The position numbers and the translations under genes are program-made. A DNA stretch of 50,429 bases, filler included, from Porpidia crustulata (Eukaryota): the NCBI GenBank assembly GCA_964255105.1. It is 2 parts of 2 records of this genome, joined end to end, with 100 filler letters (N's around TTAATTAATTAA, not from the genome) between each part and the next. Parts side by side here need not be neighbours in the genome. Positions count along the whole stretch, not along the records: positions 25,352 to 50,429 come from CAXUWE010000052.1; 1 more part is not named here. One strand, written 5' to 3'. Of the stretch, positions 47,626 to 50,429 are shown piece after piece (the first letter of the stretch is position 1; each line of letters begins with the position of its first letter). The notes under the pieces were generated by a model. It was not told the DNA's origin. It ran no database searches and worked only from the letters and a program-made list of their open reading frames with translations.

Positions 47626-49221
47626 ATGTCGAACCCAACTCGAGATTTCGGAAAACTTGATATCGGAGCAATGCCGCCAACGAGGAGGTCTCAAGCGCAA
47701 GCCCAACAGCGACGGGCGGGAAGCTCCGCTGGCGGACGTGCCCGTGCTCGTGGCCGCGGCCGTGGTCGCGTCGTAGATCGATCGACTCCACAGGTCGAAT
47801 ACCCGAGCCGCGGACTCCAAGATCCTGTCTACGGAAGCTCGGGGTTAGTGTACGATATTCGGAACTTATCTCCAGGCTCTTTCCTCCGTGCAGCTGATGG
47901 GCTTACTTCAGAACTCTTCGTGGACCGCTTGAGAAGCTACGGATCAGGTCCAGACACTTATTATGCCTTCCAATTGATGAAGCCTGTGAGCGTTCGTATT
48001 CGTAATCCAGCCAGCGGCGACAGGCGAGTCGAGTGTACCTGCAAGGACTATCAGGAAACTCACTTGAATTGTGCTCATATATATGTAAGGTGATAGTCTC
48101 ATTTTAGTAGTGAAACGTCTCGCTAATTCAGTCAGTGGCTCTTTGACGGCTTAAGTTCGGTATTGACAAACCAAACGTCAGAAGACATCCGTACTTTGAG
48201 CGGCGATGATATTGTTGAGCAGATCAGTGAGCTATACGACCTCATTGGAGAACGCCTGCAGTCATTGCCTGATCAGTTAAATCGGAGCCGCGACGATGGT
48301 ACGGACTATGACTCTGATTATAGCGTTAGCCCAGAAATTCATGTGCCAAGAGGTACTAGTCGCAGTGAAAGTGTAAAAGACATGCTTTCTGTCTTCGACC
48401 AAGTAGCGCTTCCTCAGGAGTATGGCCGAGAATTCCAGGATGCTCCTCCAAGTGCGTCTTTAGCAGATCTCTTCGTCCCCGGGAACCTCAATTTCACGAT
48501 TTACAGACTGGCGATCAGAGATGACGATTTCTATAAGCGACTCACCAAAATTATAAGTCCCGACAGGTGTGCAACCCGATTTTACGCCAAGCAACGGGCC
48601 AGAGCTGTAGATGCGATGCGAAGTCTTGGCGAATATATTAGAGATGGACCATCGCCCAATCCGATGACTAGAGACATGGACGTTCCCGAATGTGCTAGGA
48701 TCTTTCGGACTATCGTCCACCAAATTTGCCAGGACCGAGACTCGCGAACCGCGAAGCAGCCCCTCAGTGCGTCAATTATTACTCAAGTAGCTGAGACACT
48801 CGTGGAAATTTTACAGCAGGTCTGCGACCGCGATTTTGACATCTACGAGAACATCACGTGGCCAAGAGTTGGTGCTGATGATGAGCCTGACAGGAACAAG
48901 AACCTCTACATGTACTTGATCGGTGATCCCCCAAGATATTCGTCGGCACTGGCGTGGATGAACGATGATTTTGTTATCGACCAACTCGGCGACTTTCCTA
49001 CAAACGAGTGGAGACATCTAATCGAGCCGCTTACTACTATCCGAGAGGAAATTCACGAGCGAGCCCTGGCATATGGACATCCTTCGTTCGCGTATGCTGA
49101 CAAACTGGAATCAATGCTCCGCGAATATACCAATGAAGCCGAGGAGCCAAGTACGTCCTCTGTGCAAAGACGACTGTCTGACGAACAAAGCCGTGAGACA
49201 CAGCGCAGACGCATAGCCTAA
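47626..49221 (+). CDS. SWIM zinc-finger domain protein, ~514 aa
   Basis: Exons 47626-48084 and 48136-49221; intron 48085-48135 (GTAAGG...CTAAT...CAG). The spliced SWIM motif is ECTCKDYQETHLNCAHIYWL (CxC-x9-CxH). The N-terminus has an RG-rich stretch (GGRARARGRGRGR). There is an alternative start at 47671. Confidence 0.85.
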
Positions 49222-50429
49222 GTCGATCGGAATGGCCGACTTGGAGGCTCAAAGTCTTCGCTGCACCACGTGCCACTTCTATCACCAACACCTGATTGGA
49301 ATTATATCGAATGTACGGGCGCTAGAAGTGATTTTGCAGGCTATTTCTTTGTTTGTCGAAGTTTTTTCAGCGTATTGATGGCCTTCTGAACACGTTGTGC
49401 AGTTTTGCGAAATTAAGTGTAAAGTGTGGTAATCTCGATTGATAGACTGGGTGTTGCGGCTGGTCCGCACGAGATTGCCGATTTTTTCTTTACCTACTCG
49501 TTTATACATTGGAATGTTTCCTTTCCTAAATCTCTGCAGCTTATTCTTGATTTTCTCATGCCGTCACCAAAACTACTTCGATGCGTATTGTCGTCTGAAG
49601 CACAGGCTGGTGCCTACATCTGTACCCTATATGTGTTTATCATACGCTGCTTCAATGTCTCCTCCTCAGTATAGACGTTGTAACTATGCCACGATTTTGC
49701 TAAGGCAGTGAAAGCTCCATCACTTGCATCTGCTAGAAACCTGGGAACCTTACTCGTCCGTGTGACTGACTCGTGCTGTAAATGCACATTGGAATGTGCG
49801 TATCAACAAAGGAACTTCTTTTGCGGTCCCTTTCAAGCTCGGTACAAGTCTGTACCCGATAGACCTGACTCAGCTTAGGAGGTCACACGTGCGAAAGACG
49901 GGCACGTTTCAAGCGGAAGAGACCGGTTCCGGCATACAGGCATCTCTTGAATTCGGATTTGCCAGCCCTGGATGATGTGCATGCTAAATCTCGAAGCTGT
50001 GCCCTTCGGGTCCACCATCCACTTTACCTCATCTCACCTTCTATTCGCCAAGGTCTCCGCTCACTAGGCCCCGCCATCCATCACTCATATCCTGGCCTGT
50101 TTTTTCTTCGCCTTCGCACGCCTATTTTAATCCCATCCATTTCATTCTTTCGTCTTGCATTATTGACTTCCTATCCCCCTTGCCTATACAGTTCAGGATC
50201 ATTGGGTATTCCTTCCTTTTGCCGCCCAACCGGCATCAACCACATTGTTCGATTCGCCGCATTCGGTGCATCTTTATTGGAGTCTCTACAACTCGGTACC
50301 ATCAAGCTCAGAACCACAAGACGTAATGGTTGCATTGCGGCGATGTTGCATGGTTGGTACGTTGGTGGTATGTTTTTGGGAATTTTCAAGGATGGACTCG
50401 ACGGGTTTTGTCTGTGCTTGTGCGTGTAA

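Noticed and set aside
49947..50429. 160-aa plus-strand ORF at the window end
   Set aside because: It has a TTG start, CT-rich leader-like composition and no domain. It is more likely the promoter or 5' UTR of a gene beyond the window.

Overview
Eukaryotic DNA from a filamentous ascomycete (Pezizomycotina). Short GT-AG introns with CTRAY branch sites are present throughout. The hydrophobin resembles, from memory, those of lichen-forming Lecanoromycetes. I reconstructed 13 protein-coding genes by hand, 12 with introns in the coding sequence: a small secreted two-Cys protein, a class I hydrophobin, a Whi5/Nrm1-family G1/S co-repressor, an SLC35F6-like transporter, Mediator Med15/Gal11, an LMBR1-family membrane protein, the prenylated cell-end marker receptor TeaR, an F-BAR/DEP/RhoGAP (Rgd2/Rga8-like, with a GC-AG intron), Cdc6, a ~1,560-aa uncharacterised protein, a three-finger C2H2 transcription factor, a TPR-SET-MYND (SMYD-like) methyltransferase with an apparent frameshift before its catalytic motif, and a SWIM zinc-finger protein. 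A 100-bp artificial linker (N44-TTAATTAATTAA-N44) at 25252-25351 means the two halves may not be truly contiguous. The most unusual non-coding items are nine TCGG cores at an exact 8-bp period beside MCB boxes upstream of the Nrm1-like gene, a MITE-like inverted-repeat relic at the window start, and a 13-bp interstitial telomere-type motif. I recognised no tRNA, rRNA, CRISPR or intact transposase. I cannot claim a clearly new biological system; the findings are ranked leads. All family assignments come from motif recognition, not database searches.
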